Shown in pieces: positions 34,601-43,223 of a stretch of 64,000 nt of DNA; the stretch's first letter is position 1; the number at the start of each line of letters is the position of its first letter. The notes under the pieces were generated by a model. That model ran no database searches. It was not told the DNA's origin and was given only the letters and a program-made list of their open reading frames with translations. The stretch is taken from assembly GCA_963789265.1 (NCBI GenBank), contig CAWBKB010000001.1:1696001-1760000 (forward strand), read 5' to 3'. A program made the position numbers and the translations under genes. The DNA comes from an uncultured delta proteobacterium (GTDB lineage: Bacteria; Desulfobacterota; Desulfomonilia; Desulfomonilales; Desulfomonilaceae).

Positions 34601-34726
34601 GTACTCGAGATATATCTCGAAAGGCTTTCGATCGACATACGCTTCAAGGACTAAGCGTAGCGCAGTAAGGTCCTGATAGTCATCTCCCTTTCTTCGGGAG
34701 CTTCCTCTTTTGCCTGATTCCGACAT
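28615..34726 (-). CDS. Large nuclease-STAND NTPase (Avs/AVAST-like, Avs3a-like architecture), ~2036 aa; frameshift at ~29492
   Basis: N-terminal GDDYQD..E..DD..QVK restriction-like nuclease motif; Walker A GLPGSGKS, Walker B FLDGLD, GLPLY; long helical C-terminus; deleting one A joins the 1756-aa and 323-aa ORFs. Confidence 0.8.
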
Positions 34727-34965
34727 AACAGTTCCAATATGCTCCGGTCCTTATGGTTTTCGTCTATGACCGGAAATAGATCTCCACTCTCACAGACTTC
34801 GTTTGTACGCGAGGCATTAGGTCATCCCGAACTGCATCACGATCCGTATAGGCATCATGTCGTCCGACCAATTCCACACCATTGTACTCCGTTACGTCAT
34901 TAACTCTCCCTTAGCCACTCCTTCTCCACCACAAGACCGGCTGCAACTTCAACGAGCCACAGACC

Positions 34966-35043
34966 TCATGAGACTACGGGCGGCTCCAGTGCTTCCAGTT
35001 CTTTACGGGCAGAGCGCGCAAATGTGATGGAATAATCAGCCGT
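34966..35043 (-). pseudogene. RelE/ParE-type toxin remnant
   Basis: (ACG)ADYSITFARSARKELEALEPPVVS-stop; start codon appears mutated ATG->ACG and overlaps the upstream stop codon. Confidence 0.65.
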
Positions 35044-35887
35044 TCCGGGTCAGTTTGCCCTTTTGGCGCAGCCGCTTCTTAACGGCATCCAAAGATTCGC
35101 GCGGTTCGTCCTGCCGCTCTTTAGCCAGATCGGTGACTGCTAGATCGCAAACAATTTGCCGTATTCGTCTCCTCGAAGACTCCAGGACCTCTTTCTCCAG
35201 CTCCAGCGTCACGGTTCCGTTGTAGCCTTTATTCATCAGCGCACCGAATATCTTTTGAAAATCAATAATTCCCTCTCCGATCGGGAGATGCAGATCATCG
35301 TTCACACCTCGCCCCCCCCTATTGTCATGAACGTGAATGTGTTTTATGGAAGCAGAAAGTCTCTCGATGATGTCGAACGAGGTGTTGGTGCTGCTTAGGA
35401 GTTGTCCGTGCCCGACGTCCAAGGTCAGACCGAGATCCGGGACAGCTTCCAATATCCGTCCTAGATCTGCTGCGGTTTCGGAAAGGTTTTCAAGACCTAT
35501 GAGCACACCGTTCTCACGGGCATAGGCGCAGATCGCCGTCAAGAAACGTCGCTTCTCCCCGCGTGCTTCCGAATTTACAAAGCGAGGATCCAGCCAGAGA
35601 TGGATAGTGAGAAACGCTATTTTCAGCTCACGTACATCATCTACAGTCTTCTTGAGCGCGGGATAGTAGATCTCCCACAAGTGATTGATATCGTTAGGCG
35701 GCCCTTCCTGAGGACCATGAGCAATTAGAAAGTAGCCCGAGTTAAACTCATTAGTGATCTCTGAGGCAAGCCAATAGGCGCGCGATTCGGCATTTCGTAG
35801 GATAATCTCGCCCAGGTCAAATTTTCGATCTCGAAGGTACTCGATATCATCCAGAAATTTAACATGGCCCCCGTAAAGCATAGCCAT
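35036..35887 (-). CDS. Sugar phosphate isomerase/epimerase (xylose isomerase-like TIM barrel) with antitoxin-like C-terminal tail
   Basis: GLENL, LDVGH, HIHVHDN..DDLHLPIGEG and TLE metal-binding motifs. Confidence 0.85.
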   Translation of the reverse strand: MAMLYGGHVKFLDDIEYLRDRKFDLGEIILRNAESRAYWLASEITNEFNSGYFLIAHGPQEGPPNDINHLWEIYYPALKKTVDDVRELKIAFLTIHLWLDPRFVNSEARGEKRRFLTAICAYARENGVLIGLENLSETAADLGRILEAVPDLGLTLDVGHGQLLSSTNTSFDIIERLSASIKHIHVHDNRGGRGVNDDLHLPIGEGIIDFQKIFGALMNKGYNGTVTLELEKEVLESSRRRIRQIVCDLAVTDLAKERQDEPRESLDAVKKRLRQKGKLTRNG

Positions 35888-35952
35888 ACCTGCCCGAAAA
35901 TTTGTATTCCGACAAAGGCGGCGGAATGGAATCCTTCACCGCTGAGAGCGCC

Positions 35953-36023
<71 letters not shown>

Positions 36024-36160
36024 AAATACACGATCATATTTCCGGAACGCAGTAATTAGAGCAAACTTGCATGCCTGCGTTGTTTTCGCTCCATCTCGCT
36101 GCGGCACGAACATGAATGCGATGTGCCACAACTTATGGAAATTCAGGAAAAAATAGAAGT

Positions 36161-36189
36161 CTCTGCGTTCTCTGCGCTCTCAGCGGTGA
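36161..36189. repeat. Dispersed CTCTGCG..CGGTGA repeat
   Basis: Related copies at 16522-16541, 48030-48058 (reverse complement, 26/29 nt) and 48194-48213. Confidence 0.7.
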
Positions 36190-36192
36190 GTC

Positions 36193-37377
36193 TTATTCCA
36201 ACCCAATTTCTTGATCCGTGAGATAACAGGCCGGGTCCGGTGCCCACACATCTCCGAAGATAGCTTCCGCCCGAACTCTGAAGTTGCCTCCGCAGATGTC
36301 CAACCAGCGGCACCGGGCACAACGCCCTTTCACGTGCCTTTTCTTTTCTTTGAGTTTCATCAACAGCTCGTCGGATGGGTCCGTCCAAATCTTGCTGAAC
36401 GGGCGCTGGCGAACATTTCCAAACGAGTGGTGCCGCCAAAATTGGTCCGCGTGAACAGCTCCGTCCCAGGACACGCAGCCGATGCCTCGGCCGGAATTGT
36501 TGCCCTCGTTCATCTCAAGGAGTTGCAATACTTCCGCGGCTCGCTTCGGATCTTCTTTTGTCAAACGGAGGTACGTGTACGGGCCGTCTGCATGATTGTC
36601 CACAGTAAGGACTTCCACCGGCTGCCCCTTTTCGTGAAGCATTCTGGTGCGATCCAGGATTAGATCCACCACTTCTCTGGTCCGCTCGTGATCGAGGTCT
36701 TCGTTGACGAGTTCCGTGCCCCGGCCGGCATACACCAGATGATAGAAACAGATCCTCGGGATCCCTTTTTCTTCCACAAGATCGAAGATCCCTGGAATAT
36801 CCTGGATATTGCGCTTGTTGATGGTGAACCTCAACCCCACCTTCAAGCCTACAGCCTGGCAGTTCTTGATTGCCGCCATGACTCGCGAAAATGTGCCTGG
36901 AATGCCTCTAAATGCATCGTGGACTTCTTGAAGGCCGTCCAGACTAATTCCCACATACGACAAACCGATATCTTTGAGCTTTTCAGCCAGAGCAGGGGTG
37001 ATGAGAGTGCCGTTCGTGGAAAGGACCGCTCTCCTGCCTTGCTGCGCCGCGTATCTGATCAAATCGAGGATGTCAGGGCGGATTAGGGGCTCTCCGCCTG
37101 AAAAAAGAATCACCGGAGACCCGAATCGGGCGAGGTCGTCAATCAGGCTCTTCCCCTCTTCAAACGAGAGTTCACCGCTGTACCCGCGGTCCTCGGACTG
37201 GGAATAGCAATGAACGCATCGGAGGTTGCAGCGACGGGTCACGTTCCATACTACGACCGGCTTTTTATCGATGGAGAACTGCAGCAGGTGAGAGGGGAGA
37301 TCTTCGGACCGGCGTGCGTAGCGCAAAGGATCGGAGGCTTCTACCGCGCCGCAATAAAGTTTTGAAATTCCAATCAT
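36193..37377 (-). CDS. ahbC: Radical SAM protein of alternative heme biosynthesis (AhbC/NirJ1-like)
   Basis: MIGISKLYCG N-terminus, CNLRCVHC, C-terminal CARC..CGGNFRVRA..DPAC SPASM-type motif. Confidence 0.85.
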   Translation of the reverse strand: MIGISKLYCGAVEASDPLRYARRSEDLPSHLLQFSIDKKPVVVWNVTRRCNLRCVHCYSQSEDRGYSGELSFEEGKSLIDDLARFGSPVILFSGGEPLIRPDILDLIRYAAQQGRRAVLSTNGTLITPALAEKLKDIGLSYVGISLDGLQEVHDAFRGIPGTFSRVMAAIKNCQAVGLKVGLRFTINKRNIQDIPGIFDLVEEKGIPRICFYHLVYAGRGTELVNEDLDHERTREVVDLILDRTRMLHEKGQPVEVLTVDNHADGPYTYLRLTKEDPKRAAEVLQLLEMNEGNNSGRGIGCVSWDGAVHADQFWRHHSFGNVRQRPFSKIWTDPSDELLMKLKEKKRHVKGRCARCRWLDICGGNFRVRAEAIFGDVWAPDPACYLTDQEIGLE

Positions 37378-37462
37378 ACGGGACCTCATGTGGGAGACTT
37401 ATAAGTAAGGATAACGCGTACAATAATGACTTGCAACCAAAGCAAGTGAATGGAATCAGTAC

Positions 37463-37491
37463 TTGACACTTGTGATTTTAGATACTATAAC
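37463..37491 (+). promoter_or_regulatory. Sigma70 promoter of marR with overlapping operator; probably leaderless
   Basis: TTGACA-17nt-TATAAC; ATG begins 7 nt after the -10 box; TTTTAG-ATA-CTATAA palindrome at 37476-37490. Confidence 0.8.
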
Positions 37492-37497
37492 CATCCC

Positions 37498-37946
37498 ATG
37501 TCCGTGGAATCGAGCAACCTGGCTGAACGGATTCGCCGCATTATCAACCGGCTGATTTTCTTGGAAAAGCGTAGCGTTATTCAGCAAGAGGGGGTGCGGC
37601 TCCACCCCTCGGAAATCCATTTGATGCAGGTCATTAAGGAACGTCCCGAGCTAAATGCCGGCGAGATGGCGCAACAGCTCGCAGTTAGCAACGGCGCGGT
37701 ATCCCAAACTTTGGCCCGACTTGAAAGAAAAGGAGTTATCACGAAGTCCCGAGATCCCTCCCTCAGAACAGAGTAACTGCGATGTTTACCGAGCCCGGAA
37801 GGATGGCTATACAGCGTTTTGAGGAGGAACGGGCCTCGTCTGTTAGGTCTTTCTCTAACTACCTTTCCAGTCTCTCCGAAGGGGAAATGAAACTGATCGA
37901 CAGCTTCCTTTCGCACATGGAAGAATTCCTCGCAGAGTTAGAGTAA
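37498..37946 (+). CDS. MarR-family transcriptional regulator; 1-nt frameshift at ~37765
   Basis: SEIHLM..AGEMAQQLAVSNGAVSQTLARLERKGVI wHTH; the shifted frame continues NRVTAMFTEPG..FLAELE to TAA 37946. Confidence 0.85.
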
Positions 37947-37963
37947 TTTTTTTTGCGTTGTGT

Positions 37964-37978
37964 TTATAGCATCTAAAA
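37964..37978. promoter_or_regulatory. Second copy of putative MarR operator
   Basis: TTATAG-CAT-CTAAAA matches the reverse complement of 37476-37490 at 14/15 nt. Confidence 0.7.
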
Positions 37979-38033
37979 CCAACATTATCATGTTTTCTGG
38001 ACTTAACCTCAAAAAGCAATGAAAGGAGCGAGC

Positions 38034-38777
38034 ATGCGTAACAAGCTGATGGCTGGGGTGTGGCGCTACATCCTGGGTGTTCCGCCGTTTCTCTGGGAAA
38101 AACAAATTCAGAGAGCTGTCCGCAAAGTGGAACGTTCCACTCGATTCATGACCGCGGAGCACAGGCTGGTTCATCACTACGTGGTCAAAGAGTTGCCGCG
38201 CTACAGTAAGCCCATGGCTCCGGACTTGGTGGCCCGGAGATTGAACCTAGATCCGGCGCGCACTGTGGAGATACTGGAGGACTTAGAGAGGCACCTGACC
38301 TTCGTGTACAGGGACAAGGAGGGAAAAGTGACCTGGGCTTATCCCGTGACGGTGGAAGAAACGCCCCATTCCATAACCTTCCATTCGGGAGAGGAGTTAT
38401 ACGCTGCTTGAGCGGTAGACGCGTTCGCGACGCCCTTCGTGCAGGGGCGACTCAGGGGTGACGCAGTGTCTGTGGGCGTGGTATCTGAATGCGCCCATTG
38501 CAAGCGAACCATGCGTATGGAGATCGACAGTGATATGAATTGCAGGTGTCAGGACGGGGATTGCAGCCCTATAATCTTCGTTCCTGAAGTGGATTTTCAA
38601 ACTCTGAAAGATCCAAGCATAATAGATTCGTTTTGAAAGGAGAGCGTTTTCTTCTGGTCAGAAGAACATGCTAGAGAATACCGTAGAGAGACTCACAGGG
38701 TGCGGGGCTCGTACTTCACGGCTCGACAAATAGCTTACTTGAATACGCGAATTCAGAGCGCTTTATTCGGATGGTAG
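38034..38777 (+). CDS. MerB-like organometal lyase with two selenocysteines (247 aa)
   Basis: Read-through of TGA 38409-38411 (LYAA-U-AVD) and TGA 38634-38636 (DSF-U-KESVFFWSEEHA) gives one ORF with MerB motifs (HTH, AYP..ETPH, SECAHC, FFxS); AAGGAG RBS before ATG 38034. Confidence 0.85.
38431..38449 (+). promoter_or_regulatory. Putative SECIS hairpin for the first UGA
   Basis: CGCCCTT-CGTGC-AGGGGCG stem-loop starting 20 nt after the UGA. Confidence 0.65.
38643..38672 (+). promoter_or_regulatory. Putative SECIS hairpin for the second UGA
   Basis: TTCTTCT-GGTC-AGAAGAA core (38649-38666) extended by AGCG/TGCT; loop resembles the GGTCT loop of the SelW SECIS. Confidence 0.7.
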
Positions 38778-38916
38778 GTTTGCCGTGCCGGATCTGACGA
38801 AGAGGCTTTTGGAAATCGGTTACAGACATCTATGATGAATGAAATCATCATTGAGTTTGCGTCTGTCTTTCTCGGTCCCGGGCTCGGCCCGGGAACCAGG
38901 CATCCAGTGGGTACTC

Positions 38917-39369
38917 TCAGCCGGATTGGCCTGCTTGCAAGCTGCTGAAGAAATCCTCGAGAATCTTCGCGTGGTCAAAAGCCAGTGGGGTAGGGAGGGT
39001 CTGCCGGTCAAATAGGCCAATGTCCGCAGCGTCATCCGCGGCCTTGGGGACTCCGTTTGCCTGGCCGGTAAAAACTACGCTGAGCGTATGTTGGCGCGGG
39101 TCTCGATCGGGCGCGGAGTAGACCCCAAAAAGCTCCAGTCGCTCAACATCCAAACCGGTCTCCTCCTTCGCTTCCCGTAGCGCCGCGTGCTCCGCGGGCT
39201 CGCCGTAGTCAATAAAACCGCCGGGGATTGCCCAACCGTGCGGCGGATTCTTTCGTTTTATGAGCACAACGAATCGGCCGACCCGGATGATCACATCAGC
39301 CGCGGGTATAGGGTTTCTATACACAGTGACAAGCCGGCCGCAGTTGGGGCAGGTAACACCTTCTTTCAT
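38917..39369 (-). CDS. NUDIX hydrolase
   Basis: PGG..GEPAEHAALREAKEETG Nudix box, RDPRQH, AFDH; N-terminal CPNC. Confidence 0.92.
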   Translation of the reverse strand: MKEGVTCPNCGRLVTVYRNPIPAADVIIRVGRFVVLIKRKNPPHGWAIPGGFIDYGEPAEHAALREAKEETGLDVERLELFGVYSAPDRDPRQHTLSVVFTGQANGVPKAADDAADIGLFDRQTLPTPLAFDHAKILEDFFSSLQAGQSG

Positions 39370-39495
39370 GGATTTGCTCCTGATGGATGTGATGGCGAGA
39401 GGATACGCGGGAAATTGAAATGATGCCAGATTATCCTGAAAAAAGAGTGTGGCCGTGTTTTTTTTGGACGAGGGGGTTGACAATTGGGACGGATA

Positions 39496-39522
39496 TTGGC
39501 ACTCACTAAGGTAGAGTGCTAA
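39496..39522 (+). promoter_or_regulatory. CIRCE element (HrcA operator)
   Basis: TTGGCACTC-N9-GAGTGCTAA upstream of groES; TTGACA at 39477. Confidence 0.93.
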
Positions 39523-39568
39523 CAAACTCGAGCACCATACTTTTAACTAAACACCAGGAGGTAAAACG

Positions 39569-39856
39569 ATGAAATTTCGCCCTCTGTATGATCGAATCCT
39601 CGTCGAGAGGGTAGAGTCGGAGGAAGTTACCAAAGGAGGCATAATCCTCCCCGACACCGCGAAGGAAAAACCTCAGCAAGGTAAGATTATTGCGGTCGGT
39701 TCGGGCAAACACACAGAAGACGGGAAAGTCATTCCTTTGGAGCTTAAGGCAGGCGACACCATTCTTTTCGGGAAATATTCAGGTTCGGAAATTAAGATTG
39801 AAGGCACAGAATACCTGATAATGAAAGAAGACGACGTATTGGGCCTAGTCGAATGA
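39569..39856 (+). CDS. groES: Co-chaperonin GroES
   Basis: [29 protein letters not shown] motifs. Confidence 0.98.
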   Translation: MKFRPLYDRILVERVESEEVTKGGIILPDTAKEKPQQGKIIAVGSGKHTEDGKVIPLELKAGDTILFGKYSGSEIKIEGTEYLIMKEDDVLGLVE

Positions 39857-39930
39857 CGACCGCTGCGCTTTCGAAACCCGACTCACGTTTCAAATCCAAA
39901 CCACGAAACAATTCAGGGAGGAGCAAATAA

Positions 39931-41562
39931 ATGGCCGCGAAGATTATCATGTTCGAACAACAGGCCAGAGACAAGATCCTGAAAGGGGTCAACATGATGG
40001 CCGATGCTGTGAAGTCTACTCTGGGCCCCAGGGGCCGGAACGCGATTCTCGAGAAATCCTGGGGCGCGCCCAACGTTACCAAAGATGGTGTGACTGTGGC
40101 CAAGGAGATCGAACTTGAAGACAGGTTCGAAAATCTCGGCGCCCAAATGCTCAAAGAGGTTGCTTCCAAAACTTCCGATGTAGCCGGCGATGGTACCACC
40201 ACAGCGACTGTCCTGGCTCAAGCCATTTACCGCGAAGGCATCAAGATGGTTGCCGCGGGTTCGTCCCCTATGGACCTCAAGAGGGGGATCGAGTCGGCGG
40301 TGGAGGCAGTCGTAAAGAACCTGAAGAGTCTGTCCAAACCTACCAAGGACAAGAAAGAAATTGCCCAGGTGGGCACGATTTCCGCCAACAACGACCCCAC
40401 TATCGGGAACATTATTGCCGAAGCAATGGAAAAGGTTGGAAAGGAAGGGGTCATCACCGTCGAAGAGGCCAAGGCCATGGAGACGACCTTGGAAGTGGTC
40501 GAGGGAATGCAATTCGACCGTGGATACCTGTCTCCGTACTTCGTCACCGATGCGGAGCGAATGGAAGTCTCCTTGGAAGAGCCTTATATCCTTATTCATG
40601 AGAAGAAGATTTCCAACATGCGCGATATGCTGCCGCTACTGGAACAGGTAGCAAAGATGGGCAGACCGCTCCTCATCGTTGCTGAAGATGTCGAAGGCGA
40701 AGCACTGGCTACACTTGTGGTAAACAAGCTCAGAGGAACCCTTAATGCTTCCGCGGTCAAGGCCCCTGGCTTTGGTGATCGTCGTAAGGCGATGCTCGAG
40801 GATATCGCCGTGCTGACCGGCGGCCAGGTCATTTCCGAGGATTTGGGACTGAAACTTGAGAAGGTATCAGTCAATGACCTCGGACGGTGCAAACGGGTGG
40901 CGGTGGACAAAGACAACACCACAATCGTTGATGGTTATGGTGCAAAAGAAAAGATTGAAGGTCGGGTAAAGCAGATTCGGACTCAGATTGAGGAGACCAC
41001 CTCGGACTATGACCGTGAAAAGCTTCAAGAAAGGCTGGCCAAGTTGGTCGGCGGAGTGGCCGTCATTAACGTTGGGGCCGCGACCGAGACCGAGATGAAG
41101 GAAAAGAAGGCCAGAGTTGAGGACGCACTCAATGCTACCCGCGCTGCGGTGGAGGAAGGCATTGTCCCGGGTGGTGGCGTTGCTTATCTGCGATGCCTGG
41201 GAGAAGTGGAAAAACTGAAACTGGAAGGGGATCAGGCTGTCGGGGCCAAGATCGTTCGCCGTGCATTAGAAGAACCTCTTCGCCAAATAGCAGCCAATGC
41301 CGGTCACGACGGCTCCATCGTCGTTGACAAAGTCAAGTCAAACGAAGGTGCGTGGGGCTTCAACGCTCAAAATGAACGCTACGAAGACCTTCTGGACAAC
41401 GGCATAATCGATCCTACCAAGGTGACCAGATTGGCATTGCAGAACGCCGCCTCAGTGGCGGGGCTCATGCTGACAACCGAGGTCATGGTTGCAGAGAAGC
41501 CCAAGGATAAAGAGATGCCGCCTATGCCCGGTGGTGGTATGCCGCCTGGTGGTATGTATTAA
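39931..41562 (+). CDS. groEL: Chaperonin GroEL
   Basis: [25 protein letters not shown] motifs; GGM-rich tail. Confidence 0.98.
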   Translation: MAAKIIMFEQQARDKILKGVNMMADAVKSTLGPRGRNAILEKSWGAPNVTKDGVTVAKEIELEDRFENLGAQMLKEVASKTSDVAGDGTTTATVLAQAIYREGIKMVAAGSSPMDLKRGIESAVEAVVKNLKSLSKPTKDKKEIAQVGTISANNDPTIGNIIAEAMEKVGKEGVITVEEAKAMETTLEVVEGMQFDRGYLSPYFVTDAERMEVSLEEPYILIHEKKISNMRDMLPLLEQVAKMGRPLLIVAEDVEGEALATLVVNKLRGTLNASAVKAPGFGDRRKAMLEDIAVLTGGQVISEDLGLKLEKVSVNDLGRCKRVAVDKDNTTIVDGYGAKEKIEGRVKQIRTQIEETTSDYDREKLQERLAKLVGGVAVINVGAATETEMKEKKARVEDALNATRAAVEEGIVPGGGVAYLRCLGEVEKLKLEGDQAVGAKIVRRALEEPLRQIAANAGHDGSIVVDKVKSNEGAWGFNAQNERYEDLLDNGIIDPTKVTRLALQNAASVAGLMLTTEVMVAEKPKDKEMPPMPGGGMPPGGMY

Positions 41563-41606
41563 TCGGCTGCCGGGGGACCGGCCAGACTCTGTCCCGCACA
41601 GCAACA

Positions 41607-41634
41607 GGAGAGGGGGAAAATTGGCCCCCTCTCC
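41607..41634. terminator. GC-rich hairpin between convergent groEL and pyrI
   Basis: GGAGAGGGGG-N8-CCCCCTCTCC; no clear U-tract. Confidence 0.55.
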
Positions 41635-41694
41635 GACTTGTGCGCAGCGAAGATCTATGTTCTTCAAGCGCCATATGTTCGCCGTGCCGTTTTT

Positions 41695-42171
41695 TTACCC
41701 CTTCTCTTTATACCTTATCAGGGGCCCGAAAAACTCCGTCTCACAATAGTGGCACCTCAGCGTGAGGGGGTCTTGGCTGACTACGAGAAATTTCCCTGGA
41801 ACTTCCTCGTGGTTGGTTATGCAGAATCGGTCGGGGCAAACGACGATGTCTCCGATCTGATTGGGGATTTCGACTTTGTGTTTTTCTATGACTTGCCCAT
41901 CTGCTATGCGAGTTATTGTAGCAAAAGGGGCTATAAGCGCTACCACATTGAGCATATCTCGCGACAGGCTCAGATTTTCCACCTTTATTATGTCCTTCTT
42001 CTTCATTGACGGGGACTCAAAGTTTGTACCTATGGCTATTATATCTCCGGTTTCTCGTGCGAGAGCGTTCAGCGCCAGAACCCGTACGATGAGGTAAGCT
42101 TTGCCCGCGGGTATGTGGTCAATGACTATACCTGTTTCAATTTTTGCAATAGTGATAGGCCTTTTTTTCAT
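41695..42171 (-). CDS. pyrI: Aspartate carbamoyltransferase regulatory chain
   Basis: GIVIDHIPAG, KKDIIKVEN; Zn ligands CPDRFCIT and RCHYCE. Confidence 0.93.
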   Translation of the reverse strand: MKKRPITIAKIETGIVIDHIPAGKAYLIVRVLALNALARETGDIIAIGTNFESPSMKKKDIIKVENLSLSRDMLNVVALIAPFATITRIADGQVIEKHKVEIPNQIGDIVVCPDRFCITNHEEVPGKFLVVSQDPLTLRCHYCETEFFGPLIRYKEKG

Positions 42172-43106
42172 CGAACGGCTCCCAGGATCATTGCAAGCAG
42201 TGTTTCCCGCACGAAGAGCCCGTTGCGCGCCTGCTGGAAGTAGTAGGCGTGCGGGGTGTGATCAACGTCCAGAGCTATTTCGGTCACGCGAGGCAGCGGG
42301 TGCATCACTTTCATGTGCGGCTTTGCCTCTTTCAACATGCCCGCTTCAAGCCGATAGATGCTCCTGAACTTCTCTGCGAGCGCTTTTCGTTCCTCAAGTC
42401 GCTCTTTCTGTATTCTTGTCACGTACAGAATGTCTACCTCGGAGATAAAGTCCTCTATTCGGCTCCCCTCATCGACCCTTATGCCTCGATCCGAGGCCGC
42501 TTTGCATTTGTCTATCAGGGATCTGGGCATGGCTAGATCGCGGGGAGAGATGAAAAACAGCGTGCAATTATCATATTTCAATAGGGCTTCGGTCAGGGAG
42601 TGGACGGTGCGGCCGTTCACCAAATCCCCGACCATAGCGACGGTCAACCCATCCAACTTTCCTTGGGTCTCCTTGATAGAATACAGATCCAACAGCGTCT
42701 GGGTGGGGTGCTGATTCGGGCCGTCGCCGGCATTGATCACTGGAATGTCGGCAGCCTCAGCCGCGAGGCGAGCTGCCCCCTTCAGCGGATGACGAATCAC
42801 GATAACGTCAAAACCGTACCCGTCATGCATCTTCACCGTGTCCCACAGTGATTCCTCTTTTACAACGGAGGTGATGTTGGCATCGTAGAACCCGCCGACC
42901 TCTCCGCCAAGATTGCGCATGGCGACCTCGAAAGAAGTGCGGGTCCGAGTTGACGGCTCGAAGAACAGCATGGCCGAGACCTTGTCTTTACATAAGCTCT
43001 TCTTTTTAGGATGATTTCGGACTGTTTCGACTTTCGAGAGGATCTCGTCTATTTCCTCACGGGTCAAATCATTCATCGAAATGATATCCCTGTTTTCAAA
43101 GTTCAT
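42168..43106 (-). CDS. pyrB: Aspartate carbamoyltransferase catalytic chain
   Basis: FFEPSTRTRTSFE, HPTQTLLD, TRIQKER and HPLP motifs. Confidence 0.96.
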   Translation of the reverse strand: MNFENRDIISMNDLTREEIDEILSKVETVRNHPKKKSLCKDKVSAMLFFEPSTRTRTSFEVAMRNLGGEVGGFYDANITSVVKEESLWDTVKMHDGYGFDVIVIRHPLKGAARLAAEAADIPVINAGDGPNQHPTQTLLDLYSIKETQGKLDGLTVAMVGDLVNGRTVHSLTEALLKYDNCTLFFISPRDLAMPRSLIDKCKAASDRGIRVDEGSRIEDFISEVDILYVTRIQKERLEERKALAEKFRSIYRLEAGMLKEAKPHMKVMHPLPRVTEIALDVDHTPHAYYFQQARNGLFVRETLLAMILGAVR

Positions 43107-43223
43107 CCTTGCTCACCTCGAAAATCGACGGCACCGACTTCTCCGGTCTGTTAAAGACCGACATAGTTAATCTCTTCGCCAATCTTTTAGGAACAGCCCC
43201 AACTCGACCGTACGCGGATCAGG

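Noticed and set aside
38019..38636. Two small independent ORFs, or a merB pseudogene with nonsense mutations
   Set aside because: Both stops are TGA, fall exactly on catalytic Cys positions and are each followed by a SECIS-like hairpin; recoding is more parsimonious.
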